Made by a program: the position numbers and the translations under genes. A stretch of DNA of 64,000 nt from the human T2T-CHM13v2.0 reference genome, Homo sapiens, in NCBI RefSeq assembly GCF_009914755.1, contig NC_060934.1; one strand, given 5' to 3'. Positions 14,417 to 29,160 of this stretch are shown one piece after another. Below the pieces are notes generated by a model. That model was given only the letters and a program-made list of their open reading frames with translations, was not told the DNA's origin and did not search any database. Position 1 is the first letter of the stretch. The number at the start of each line of letters is the position of its first letter.

Positions 14417-14505
14417 TAACATTTCTTAACCTGAGGTTTATGGACTTTACCTAGAGAGCTTATTATTTTTTCTGAATGGTATAACATAGTTTTTTAATCC
14501 TTTGA

Positions 14506-14907
<402 letters not shown>

Positions 14908-15484
14908 TCAAGGAGATCGTGACTTGAAAAGCCCAGGAATCACTATCACTATTCTAGGTATTAATTTATGGGATGTGACTTGTTGAGAATATAGGATTTC
15001 TTTTTTTCTCCCATCTTAGCTAAATTACTTGAATTGGACTAAGGTCTTCATTTGAACTCCTACATGCCTAGGCTTCAAAAACATCCACATTTCTGAAATG
15101 TCAGCTTTGTAAAGTTTTGATTGGAGCTTTTGCCAGTCTCAGGAAATTCTTTGTGCTTTTGTACTAATAATCTCTTGTGACCTATTTGGTAAAATGTTAA
15201 CATGCTACATTTATTGGTCTTTTTTTTTAAAAAAAAAATCCCTTTGTAAAATGAAGTTGTACAAGACTGTGAACATCCTGGGGCCTTGAACCTCTCCTTT
15301 TTGGATTAAATGTCTTTTGAGAACATAGTTCTATGTTTCTTCTTTTTTTCTTTACCAAGCAAACAAACAAAAATATTATAAACCCTCTTTTCTGCTATAC
15401 AACTGAGCCACCAAATCATGCCACTCTTGTGCAATATTTAAAACCTTGTTTTTCTCCCTCCCTCTCCCTTTCTGTTCACCACTT

Positions 15485-15819
<335 letters not shown>

Positions 15820-16784
15820 TGAGGTTAAGTGTACGAAATGTTGCCTCTAGGAAGAACATTGACAGAAATTGAGTAAATATAGAGTTTTAATGAAATAATC
15901 CGATCTGTACAGAACACAATTTATAATCCATCCCAAGAAGTTTCGTCTTCTACTAGCCACAAAATTAGTCGTACTTCATGTAACTGCATTGGTCATTTCA
16001 GGCAACACCCTCTAAACGGACACCGTGTGTGTACTGGGATCTACCATAAGGATCTAGATGAAATAAATCAGGTCTTTTTGTATAAGTTATATTGATGGAA
16101 ACTTCAATTCCATTTAATTTATGTATTCGTGGGGAAGCTCCTGAATGATCAACACTGCAGAAAGTACCGAAGAGCCAATGTGGGAAATTGGACCCCGTGG
16201 ACTGTCAGTCTCATCGGGTAGATGAGATGCATACCTGTGAAACACCAAGGAAATACTACGTGGAAGATACACTTCAGTTTTAAAACACACCCCATGTAAT
16301 TCAAGAGGAAGTCAGAAGATGACAGAATTGGAGACACTGACATCGTTGAAGACAGAATTCTAAAAATACATCTGGATGAGGTCCAAGGGGGCAGAGAAAG
16401 CCCTGGAAGCCGGGACAACAGCATAGCAAAGGCTCTCCTGGGATCGCACAATGCTGCACCGGAAGGGAAGGCATGAAAGCACCTGGGAGAGAGGGAGAAA
16501 GCACAGGGGGGTGTGAGTAGATAGACCTGGGCTGAGCCTCAGCCTTGATGGCACTACAGCTGTGAGAGAAAGAGGGTGACACAGGTGGACCTCCAGAACG
16601 AGTGAGGAGCCCCCTGAACTGCAGTTGCCTCCAGAGTCAAGCAGTGCCCATGGCACGAATGATTGGCAGAAGACGTGGACAGGTACCGTGGAAGAGGGAA
16701 GTAGAAAAGAGGAAAGGATCAGGAGATGAGAAAGGGAAAAAGAAGAGAAAGAGAGAGGGAGGGAGGAAGGGAGGGAAAAGCAGT

Positions 16785-16941
16785 GGCCTGCGTGGTAGCT
16801 CATGCCTGTAATCCCAACACTGTGGAAGCCTGAGGAGGGAGGATCACCTGAGCCCAAGAAGTTTGAGGCTGCAGTGAGTCATAATTGCATTAATGCACTC
16901 CAGCCTGGGCAACAGAGCAAGACCCCATCTCTAAAAAAAAA
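16785..16941 (+). mobile_element. Alu monomer (FRAM/FAM-like)
   Basis: ~155-bp single arm with right-arm content and A tail. Confidence 0.75.
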
Positions 16942-17049
16942 GAATTAATTAAATCATAAAAATTATATGCAACAAAACTGAATAACCTCCTTTGCCTAAC
17001 TACTTACCTGTGACAAGGGCTTCACAGAAACAACCCAACTTGGTGGCAT

Positions 17050-17394
<345 letters not shown>

Positions 17395-17451
17395 TAACAT
17401 TTTTCTTTTCATAAAAAATGATTCAGTAAGTAGTTTCCCAGGTAATAAATA

Positions 17452-17788
17452 CAGTCATACATTGCTTAATGATGGGGAAACATTCTGAGAAATGCATCGT
17501 CAGGCGATTTTGTTGCTGCAAGAATGCTGTAGAATGAACTCACACAAACCTAGATGGTACAGCCTCCTACACACCTAGGCTAGAGGGCATAGCCTATTGC
17601 TCCCAGACTACAAATCTATACAGCATGTGGCCGTACTGAATACTGCAGGCATTGTAACACAATGGTAAGTATTTGTGTAGCTAAGCATAGAACAGGTACA
17701 GTAAAAATATGGTGTTATAATCCTACGGGACTGCCATCGTTTATGCTGCCCATCACTAGCTAAGACATCACTATGCAGTGCCTGCCTG
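17452..17788 (+). mobile_element. Tigger3a (TcMar-Tigger MITE)
   Basis: cagtcatacattgcttaatgatgggg...ctatgcagtgcctgcctg, TA on both flanks. Confidence 0.85.
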
Positions 17789-17928
17789 TACAGCCTCACA
17801 GAGATCCTTCGATTCTCTTAACCGGCCTCCTGCTGGGACCGAGGGCTCCCTGACATAGATGAACATCTTCACTTACCTATAATTATTCAGAAGATTACCA
17901 ATAAACACATGAGTTAAAAGAAATTGAA

Positions 17929-18572
<644 letters not shown>

Positions 18573-19289
18573 TCAATATAGTTTGTGTGGGATGACCTTG
18601 ATTTTTCTCATGTGACTTCCCTCCTTTGATCCCAGTCCACGCTGAAAGTCCAGTTAGAAGGGTGTGATCCCAAATGGCTTGGGTCGTGGGAGGCCCCACC
18701 CTGCCGAAAGGTCCCCTGCAGCCTCTCAGAGTCTGATTCCCGGGACCAAGCCAAGCAGCTCAACACATGTCCTATTAAGCAGTTAATTATTTCTCTTTGA
18801 TACTGGCTTTTTTATCTTTTAATACAACAGTTTTACTGTCTCTGATAATTACCCTGTCTCAGATAACTCTTTTAAATCTAATGAGGCGTGGCAAGCCCTG
18901 CTTAACCAGGCGACACATCATTAACTTCTGCCTCCTTATTTGTCATCGTACCACACTCAATGACTGTATCAACAGCCAGATGTGAAACCCATAGCTTGCC
19001 ACTGGCAACGCTGTGGGAGGTGACCTGCTGTCAGGTCAGTTAGCCCTGGGTCTTCCAGGGGCCACTCACAGCCCTGTGAAATCTCCTGCCCATGGGCCGG
19101 GTGGAGGCCCCTCCAATGTCACTCAGCTCCCCACTCACCTACCAACAAGACCTGTGGGCCCGGACCTCTGTTTTCTCCACCCTACACCCAGGAGGCTATG
19201 ATATTTTGTCTCCAAAGTCCCTGATGGAGAAGCAGTGAGAAGGGGTGCCAGGAGCACTGAGTTACTCAACAGACTTTGAGCCAGTCTAG

Positions 19290-19871
<582 letters not shown>

Positions 19872-19937
19872 TGACAACAACATATTCCTCCCTCAAGAGG
19901 CTGCTTAAGAGAATCATAACACCTTTCTGGAGTTGTA

Positions 19938-20120
19938 CAGTCACACACCACATAACAACATCTCAGCGATGGACCGCATATATGATGGTGGTCCCATAAT
20001 ATTATAATACTGGGTTTTTACTATCCTTTTTCTATGCTTAGATATGTTTAGATATGCAAACAGTCGCCACAGTGCCCCAATTGCCTGCAGGATTCCACAC
20101 AGTCACATGCCATGAAGGTT
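19938..20120 (-). mobile_element. Tigger3a fragment
   Basis: TA|cagtcacacaccacataac...gatggtggtcccataatattataatac; truncated. Confidence 0.75.
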
Positions 20121-22205
20121 AAACGAGATAATTGCTATCTATGATACCAAGCCACGTTACTCTGGAAGAAAACATAGAATAATTTCTTTTAGTCCACTTT
20201 GGGGATGAGTTAAGGTATAAATAAGCATAGAGTGAAGGCACTATGGAGAGTCTGTTTCTTTAGGTCTCCTCTCTCGCTCATATTTTATTTAACCCCGTGT
20301 AACCCTGTAAGTGCTTACACTGTCACTCGCAAGTCATTTTGTGAGTCTCGGGGTTTATTTTTTAGCATCTACCCAATGTTCTAGGCAGGTTGCTCAATGG
20401 CCTGTGAGTTAGGGATGATCTCTGCCCGTTGGGAGCTTATACTCTGATGCGGGAGAGAGCCACAACGGAGCACTCACGGAAGGTTGACAATACCACGACT
20501 TTACGCAAAGCCGTTCACCACCTGTGTGGCTTTAGGAAAACCACTTCACTCCCCTGAACCTGTTTCTTTATCCAGAACAATTTGCTTTGGATTGCTTTTC
20601 ACGTCTGTATTCCCACCGCCCAGGGCACCGCCTGGCACATCCACATCAGGTCAAGTTCAAAGTGCTAAATACGTACACATGGTGGGCTTCATCATGAGTG
20701 AGTGTGATGACAGGAGGAGGAGAGTCCTCAAACGGGGTGCCCTTCTGAGATCACCATGTGCATGGCGGGACGTGCAGAAAATGTGGTGCCAAAAGATTTA
20801 GTGGGAGCTCTAACTCCCTCACCTGTGAGCATGGCCACCTAAGCCAAGGCACAGAGCTGTGACTTATCATTAACACGGGGCAGTGATGCCTTCTCACAGG
20901 GCCCAGGCAAACATAAATGGAATATCTGAGCATAGTAAACTCTAATTATTGTTGGAAATATTATTACTGATTTTGGTCACTTCTTGGGCTGTGGGCCACC
21001 AAGGGAATGACTTAGGATAGAAAGGAGTGTTTTAAAATTAGATTTGCTCTGTCTGGAGGATTAAGATCACTGCAGTTTCACACGGGGAACCATCTCTCTC
21101 TCTCTCTACCATCTTTTCCTACCCACATTCTTACTTTGCAGCCGAGCTGGTAGCTAAGTCTGTTTCTGTAAATGAGCTTCAGAGGCTCCGGGAAACTTTC
21201 CATTTTATCAGGACTGCTGCTACGGTTTTGGAATTAATCTCAAACACATAACTTTAATAGAAGGTCAGTTTTAATCTGAGCACATAAATCTCTTATTTTT
21301 GCAAGATACAGATTGAGTTGCCACATGTTTTCCAGGTTATCATCTCATGAGTTCAATTAGTTTACAATAAACAGTAACAAACTATATTTCTGTGCCTTAC
21401 AAGCTGGGAAGACCACTGGACTATCACTGTCAAACTCCCCTCCGGAGCCCAAAGCAGACGGCCATGGGGAGAGGGATATGGATGGGACGGGGTGCTTTGT
21501 AAAACGTCAAAAACGATAGGCAGTCTCCACATTGCTACCCCTTTACCGCCAGAAAAACCACATCTGTTTTCCTCACTGCTGCTTAGAGCACCCAAACTTT
21601 GTCAATGGGGTGCTTCTTGTCTGCTCTCTATGACCTGGAAGTTTCTTTCTCCCATAAGTGAAAAAAGTGAGAGCTGAGAGAACCAGCCCCATGAGCTGCA
21701 GGTCCTGCTGGACTCCACGTTCACAACTTTACATTGGAAACTGTAGAGTTATGACTCGTGTGTGATTTCCTGATGATCATGCTCTGGTCCCAAGACAGTC
21801 CCACAAGAGAGCTGGGCTAGAAGCCAAACTGAGGGGAGCTGCCCTCACCCAAGAGGTGCACCTTGGGTGCCCTCTGCCGAGACACCCAAGAATTCAGTCT
21901 GCCTAAGACAGTAAGCTCCCTGAGGGCAGGAACCACATCTGCCTTGTTCTCTTTTATATCCATGGTACTGAGTGCAGCACCCTGCACAAAGCAACACCTA
22001 GCAAGTATTTAAGGGGTGAATGAATGAATGCCTAGCGGCCCCTCACCTGAGTACCCTCCCATCCAGAGCTGGGGAAACTCCGGTCAGAACGCTCTTTAGA
22101 AGGCTGACTCATGAGGGACCCTCACCCCTTAGGCTGAGTGAGGCGTCTGTTCTTCCTGTAGGGCCACCCCAGCAGTCTCATCATGTCCATCATATGTCAC
22201 TATCA

Positions 22206-22432
<227 letters not shown>

Positions 22433-22446
22433 TCACAGATCCATTA

Positions 22447-22821
<375 letters not shown>

Positions 22822-23580
22822 TTAACATGACCCAACTTTCAAAATTAGATAAGAAGGTGTGAAATGAAATGTCTTCCCCACTGGTAGCCATCGTTATTAG
22901 ATTTTGAACAAAACAGTAGGCTCAACTCACCCTGTCTATCCCATCCAGGTTACAAAATTGTTCCATTTTTCCCAACTCCTACAATGCATTTTCATGATTG
23001 GGAACGAATCTGGTCTCTTCCTTTACTCATATGTAATAATTCATGCCATTTACGGAATAGTGGAGTCAAATCAAGTGAATTCGCAGTGGGCAGGTGGGTG
23101 TCTGTCCCAGGCTGACCTGCTTGCTTTCACAGCACCTTCAGTGCAACCCTACAGTTGCTGATCCCGAGTGCACCTGCGTTCCTGCTGGTCCGGGAGCTGA
23201 TCAGGTGGATTCACTAATTTGGGCTTACGTCTGAAGTACACGCACCTTCTGCGATCTCCGTTCTCCCTTATTCCCAGCAGGAATTGCTGAGAAAATGAGG
23301 AGTGGCTGCTTTGTAATTTTCTGACAAATGAATGAAGTTTAAACATCTGCTGGAGATGTATCATGTGATCTTCATGAGTGACAGCTGTCTTTTATAGAGA
23401 GGGGAGGGAAATATAGATGACGCAATAGAAAGTAGCTCTACAAATAAGCGAAATGGGAAATCTGCTGACGGTGAAAATATACATTCATCAGTGTTATCTC
23501 ACAGCATGAGATAATCCATCAGCCCTTCTTTCTGTTGGCTTTTTCTTTTTCCTTGTGTTGAGGGGGACTATGACAATAAC

Positions 23581-23594
23581 CCAGTAGATGGCGC
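23581..23594 (+). promoter_or_regulatory. Candidate CTCF site
   Basis: CCAGTAGATGGCGC matches the core CCASYAGRKGGCRS at all positions, in non-repeat DNA. Confidence 0.55.
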
Positions 23595-24439
23595 TCATTG
23601 TCCGTTTATCTGCCATTGTGTGGCTCTGTCACTAGGTTGAGCTCAATTTTAAGATTTGAGAGCTAGAGGGCAAGATTTCCTTAGAAATGACACCGATTTA
23701 AGGGAAAAAATTAAAAATTTAAAAAAAAAAACGCTTTTAAAAATCTCTTTGAGAAGACTATGTCTATGAAGGTCCCAAACTTCAAGTTGCAAATCTCAGC
23801 TTGTAGCAAGGAAATCAGAGATGTGAGGGAGCTTTGCCACCAAACGTGGCCGTGACTTTCTGAAGGTGAGCACTAGGAACCACGGGGAGAGTGACTCGTG
23901 GAAAACCCTCCGCAATTCTCATCGAACTCTGCTGTTCCCCGGAAAATGCGTCTCAGGTCTGCGGGCTTTATTTGTGGTCTATTGCTCTCCATGAAATGAG
24001 GATTCCGGTTGTTGGGCATTTCAGGTGGAAGCACAGAAGAGACGCCGCTCCTGTGCGTCTGGGAAGATCCCGTCTGTCATCTGGAAGTCATAAAAGCCAC
24101 TTTCGGAAACACAGATGTCACTTTTGGGGAACGGTCGTCATGTTTCAAGGCCCTTCCTTGGGTTTGAACTGGGAGGGCCAGAGTCGGCCCAGGGAATGGT
24201 GATTGGCACATGGAGGTGTCCTGGCAGCGGTGGCCGCCAAGGGGCGGTCGGCCCTCCTGTCCCCGCCACCCTCAGCCCCGCTGCTGGGCCCTTCCAGGCC
24301 TTTCTCCCAGCTCCCTGCGTCGCCTCAACCTCCTGCTCTCACCCGCTTTGTGACTCCAACCAGAACAGCCCGTCACTTCATTTCTTAAGAGTCTTCCTTT
24401 TGTGCCTTTCACATTTTCCTCTAAAATTTAAACTAACGA

Positions 24440-25920
24440 TTTGTGTGTGGGGTGTATACATTGTGTGTGGGTGTATATATTATGTGGGGGAGTATATATT
24501 GTGTGGGGTGTATATATTGTGGGGAGTGTGTATATTGTGTGGGGTGTATACATTGTGGGGGGTGTATATATTTTGGGGGATGTATATATTGTGTGGCGGA
24601 TGTGTATATTGTGGGAGGATGTATATATTGTGGAAGGATGTATATATTGTGTGGGGGATGTATATAGTGTGGGAGGATGTATATATTGTGTGAGGTGAAG
24701 TATATATTGTGGAGGGTATATACATTGTGGAGGGTGTATGCATTGTGGAGACATGTATATATTTTGTGTGGGATGTATATATTGTGTGGAAGGGGATGTA
24801 TATATTGTGTGGAAGGGGATGTATATATTGTGTGGGATGTACATATTGTGGAGGGTGTATATATTCTCGGGGGTGTATATATTATGGGAGAATGTATTTA
24901 TTGTGTGGAGGGGGTGTATATATTGTGTGGGTTGTATATATTGTGGAGGGTGTATATATTGTGGAGGAGTGTATATATTGTGTGGGGAGTGTGTATATTG
25001 TGGGAGGATGTATATATTATCTGGAGAGTGTATATATTGTGGAGGGTATATATATTGTGGGGGGAGGTATATATTGTGGGAGAATGTATATATTATGTGG
25101 AGGGGGTGTATATATTGTGTGAGATGTATATATTGTGGAGGGTGTATATATTGTGGGTGTTGTATATATTGTGGAGGGTGTATATATTTTGGGGGGTGTA
25201 TATATTGTGGGAGAATGTATATATTGTGTGGAGGGGGTGTATATATTGTGTGGAGGGGGTGTATAATGGGAGAATGTATATATTGTGTGGAGGGGGTGTA
25301 TATATTGTGTGGGTTGTATATATTGTGGAGGGTGTATATATTGTGGAGGAGTGTATATATTGTGTGGGGAGTGTGTATATTGTGGGAGGATGTATATATT
25401 ATGTGGAGGGTGTATATATTGTGGAGGGTATATATATTGTGGGGGGTGTATATATTGTGGGAGAATGTATATATTGCATGGAGGGGGTGTATATATTGTA
25501 TGAGATGTATATATTGTGGAGGGTGTATATATTGTGGAGGGTGTATATATTGTGGGGGTTGTATATATTGTGTGGGGGAGTGTGTATATATTGTGGGAGG
25601 ATGTACATATTGTGTAGAGGGAGATTATATATCGTATGTGATGTATATATTGTTTAGGGTGTATATATTGTGAGGGATGTATATATTGTGGAGGGTGTGT
25701 ATATTGTGTGGGGGAGTGTATATATTTTGGGAGGATGTATATATTGTGTGGAGGGGGATGTATACATTGTGTGGGATGTATATAATGTGGAGGGTGTATA
25801 TGTTATGGAAGAGTGTATATATTGTGTGGAGGAGTGTATATATTGTGGGAGGATGTATATATTGTGTGGAAGGGGATGTATATATTGTGGGGGTTGTTTA
25901 TGTTGTGGGGGATGTATAGG
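24440..25920. repeat. ~1.5-kb minisatellite, ~18-22-bp unit (GGAGGGTGTATATATTGT)
   Basis: Direct inspection; C-poor + strand; source of the Y/I/V/C/G-rich ORFs. Confidence 0.97.
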
Positions 25921-26469
25921 GAACAGTTACCTCAGATTCGCAGAGAATGGAGCCTGTCCCCATGTGCTGTGACTTGCCAGAGTCCCCAGTGCCTGTGACC
26001 ACCTCTGACCCTGGAAGTGAGGGTCAGAGGAGGTCACAGAGGCCAAGGAAGGGTGCTCCCTCGTGCTGTCACCAGGCTGATGAGATGCAGGTGACAACTT
26101 TCCCCAGACCACCCTGATGTGTGTCCACTTCCATTAAAATCAATGTTATGATGGTGTTGGCACTTGGCTCCTGGAAAGGTGACACCAAGGCTCTGAAGAT
26201 GAAAAGCCACACGAGCACACCCCGCCCCTTCCTCGGTGGCCTCCAGAAACTCTCTCGCAGCACTCCCCACTTTCTGCTATTTAGGGGCCTTTACAATACT
26301 TGTTACATTCATTGGGCAGACATGGCCCACATTTTCTAAGAATGCTCATTCAGGTTGCTTCCAGAACTGGCTTAGCTTTTTTAAGTTGAAGAGGAGGGAA
26401 GGGTTTGGGGAGGTAGGAAAGGGTGTGTGTGGCCTCTGAGATATGGGCTGGAGTTTTATTTAACAAAAC

Positions 26470-26905
26470 AGATGATAGCAAGACAGATGAGACTAGATAG
26501 ATGGACTAGATAGATAGATGAAAATAGAAGATAGATGATTGATAGATGATAGATGACTGATAGGTAGCTGACAGATAATAAAAGATAGATGATTGATAGA
26601 TGCTAGAAGAGAGATATGTAGATAGATGATTGATAGGTAGATGACAGGTAGAAAAATTAACTGAGCTCATTTTCTAATGTGACCTCATGTTGAATTTTTT
26701 AATTTCTGAACAAAAGAGTCCTCCCATCAAAGTAGCCTATGTTCCTTGACAACCCATTGCCGGGCAGAGCATTCTTGGGGATACTCAACTTGCCCCTCAA
26801 GGGGTCCCTGGAAATGGGGATGCACACAGCATCCCATGTGTATATCTATAGAAGAGGATATAGATAGATACATAGATAGATAGATATGGATAGAGGAATA
26901 GCTAG
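26470..26905. repeat. Degenerate (TAGA)n microsatellite split by a 185-bp insert
   Basis: TAGA/GATA arrays at ~26470-26650 and ~26840-26905. Confidence 0.85.
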
Positions 26906-28480
26906 ACTTTATATTCCAGTTTATTGTTCATAAAGGTAATCCAAAGAAAGGCAAGCATCATTTATTAGTTTACCTCGTAGAGAAATCCCAGGCGAGCCAT
27001 TTGCCTATTTTTGGTAAAATGAGCTTATTGCTTCCTCCTGTAGTCTGAGGTAGCTCACCCTGGTGCTGCGGGAATGTGGAAACCTGGGACCCGGGGAGAC
27101 GGTGGCTGCTGTGGGAGCCGTGGTCTTTCCCTCTAAACTGTGGCAACAAGTCAGGGAACAAGGAATTTAGAGACAGAACCGAAGACAGTATTTATTCTGC
27201 CTGTAAGTGGCAGAATCTGTCTTCAGACAACTCCTGGGGACGCTGTGTGTGTCCCCATTTCCAGGGACCCCTTGAGGGGCAAGTTGAGCATCCCCAAGAG
27301 CCATCTGCCTGGCAATAGGCTGTGGAGGGACACAGACTACTTTGATGGGAGGACTCATTTGTTCGGAAATTAAAATACTCAACGTGCGGTCAAGTTAGAA
27401 AATGGGCTCATTAAATTTTTCCAGCGATCTTAGACCCATCCAGTGATGAGTGCATCCCTAAGGTCTGCAGACTTGTCCTGAATACGCCACTTTAAAAACA
27501 ATACCGATTAATTAAGACTAGGTCCACTTAGCCCTTCTGCTTTTTGAAAAGGATCCTCCAAATAACAAATTTGTTGTGTTATGGATTGGTTTAGAGACAA
27601 CAGGCTCACTTGATTACAATGCCACGCTTCAGATATTTTTACTGAAACCGATCAGGCCTCCGAGAGAGTCTCGGTAACAAGGAAGGCTCTGGAAATGCCC
27701 CCGGGGGGGTGAAATGGAGCTCCCTTCAAAGGTTTTGGTCTTGTGATTAATAACAGGAAGAAAAAGACTCTACAAAAGCACAGGCTCTAGGTTCCGAGCT
27801 TTCTCTTTTGCATCCCTGTCCGTGACTTTTCCCTCCTCAATAAATCTGAAAACGCTGCTGTGGGATTCTGATTTTTTCTTTTCCTTCTCTTCCAGCAAAA
27901 CATCTTAAGGAACCAAAGGAAGAAAGACAACGTCCTTGGAGAATCTGGTTAGATTTTTATCACTTTCATTCAATATGTGGAATGGAAGAAGAAAGATTTT
28001 ACCAGTTTCTAGGTTTTTTGTCCAATGATAACTTGTACTCATACTTTTTACTCCTGAATATTCCAAATATGACACACGGTGGAGGATAATTCTTCTTAGT
28101 TTATAAAATAGCCTTTAGCACAAAATAAATTGTTCTTTTTCCTGTTATACACCACACATGAAAGTCAAATGAGATAAATCTAATATGTACAAAAAGCATA
28201 AAACTATTCCAGAAATGCTTAATTTTCTTTAACTTTGGCTTATTTTTAAAACACCATTGGTTGAGGTACATAAATTTTGTCCAGATTTCTAGTTTATCCA
28301 CTGTGCTGCTTAGTCTGAAGATGTTTCTAAAATTCTCTCTGTCTTAATTTTCTCATTTTGTGGACATAAATTGGCATTACTTATGATCAAAGTTACCATA
28401 AAAATCATAAAAATATAAATATTACAATTTAATATCTCCATTGAAGTCACTGGGGCAGACAAAAATCATAACATGTAGGT

Positions 28481-28836
28481 CAGCGGTCCCCAACCTTTTT
28501 GGCACCAGGGAGGGACCAGTTTCTTGGGAGACAATTTTTCCAGTGACCTGGGGGCATGGGGGAGGGGGAGGAGAGGGAAAGGGAGGAGGGTGGTAGGAGG
28601 TGGGGGGGATGGCTTCGGGATGAAACTGTTCCACCTCAAATCATCAGGCATTAGGTTCTCATAAGGAGCACGCAACTTAGATCCTTTACAATAGGTTCGG
28701 CACTCCTATGAGGATGCAGTGCCAATGCCGATCTGACAGGAGGGGGAGCTCAGGCGTAATTAATTGCTGGCTTGCCAGCTGCTCATCCTTGCTGGGCAGC
28801 CCAGTTCCTAACAGGCCCCGGAAATTGGGAACCCTG
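28481..28836 (-). mobile_element. MER1B (hAT-Charlie)
   Basis: TIR cagcggtccccaac...gggaaccctg; 8-bp TSD atgtaggt/acataggt; expanded G-rich linker. Confidence 0.85.
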
Positions 28837-28866
28837 ACATAGGTAACTATAATATATATTTTACAA

Positions 28867-29160
28867 TTTTTTTTGAGACAGGGAGGGTCTCACTCTGTCA
28901 CCCAGGCTGAACTGCAGTGGTGTCATCACGGCTCACTGCAACCCTGACCTCCTGGGCTCAAACAATCCTCCTGCCTCAGCCTCCTGAGTAGCTAAGACGA
29001 TAGGCACATGCCACCATGGCTGGCTAATATTTCTTAATATTTTTATAGAGATGGGGTCTCACTGTGTTCCCAGGCTGGTCTCAAACTCCTGACCTCAAGC
29101 AATCCTCTGCTTCAGCCTCTCAAAGTGTTGGGATGACAGGCGTGAGCCGCTGTGCCAGGC
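28867..29160 (-). mobile_element. AluJ
   Basis: cctcctgggctcaaacaatcctcctgcc J-type features. Confidence 0.88.

Noticed and set aside
24115-25998. ORFs up to 326 aa with CIYCGG repeats resembling Cys-rich metal-binding proteins; regular spacing resembling a CRISPR array
   Set aside because: Translations of a minisatellite. Units are degenerate tandem copies without unique spacers, and the DNA is primate.
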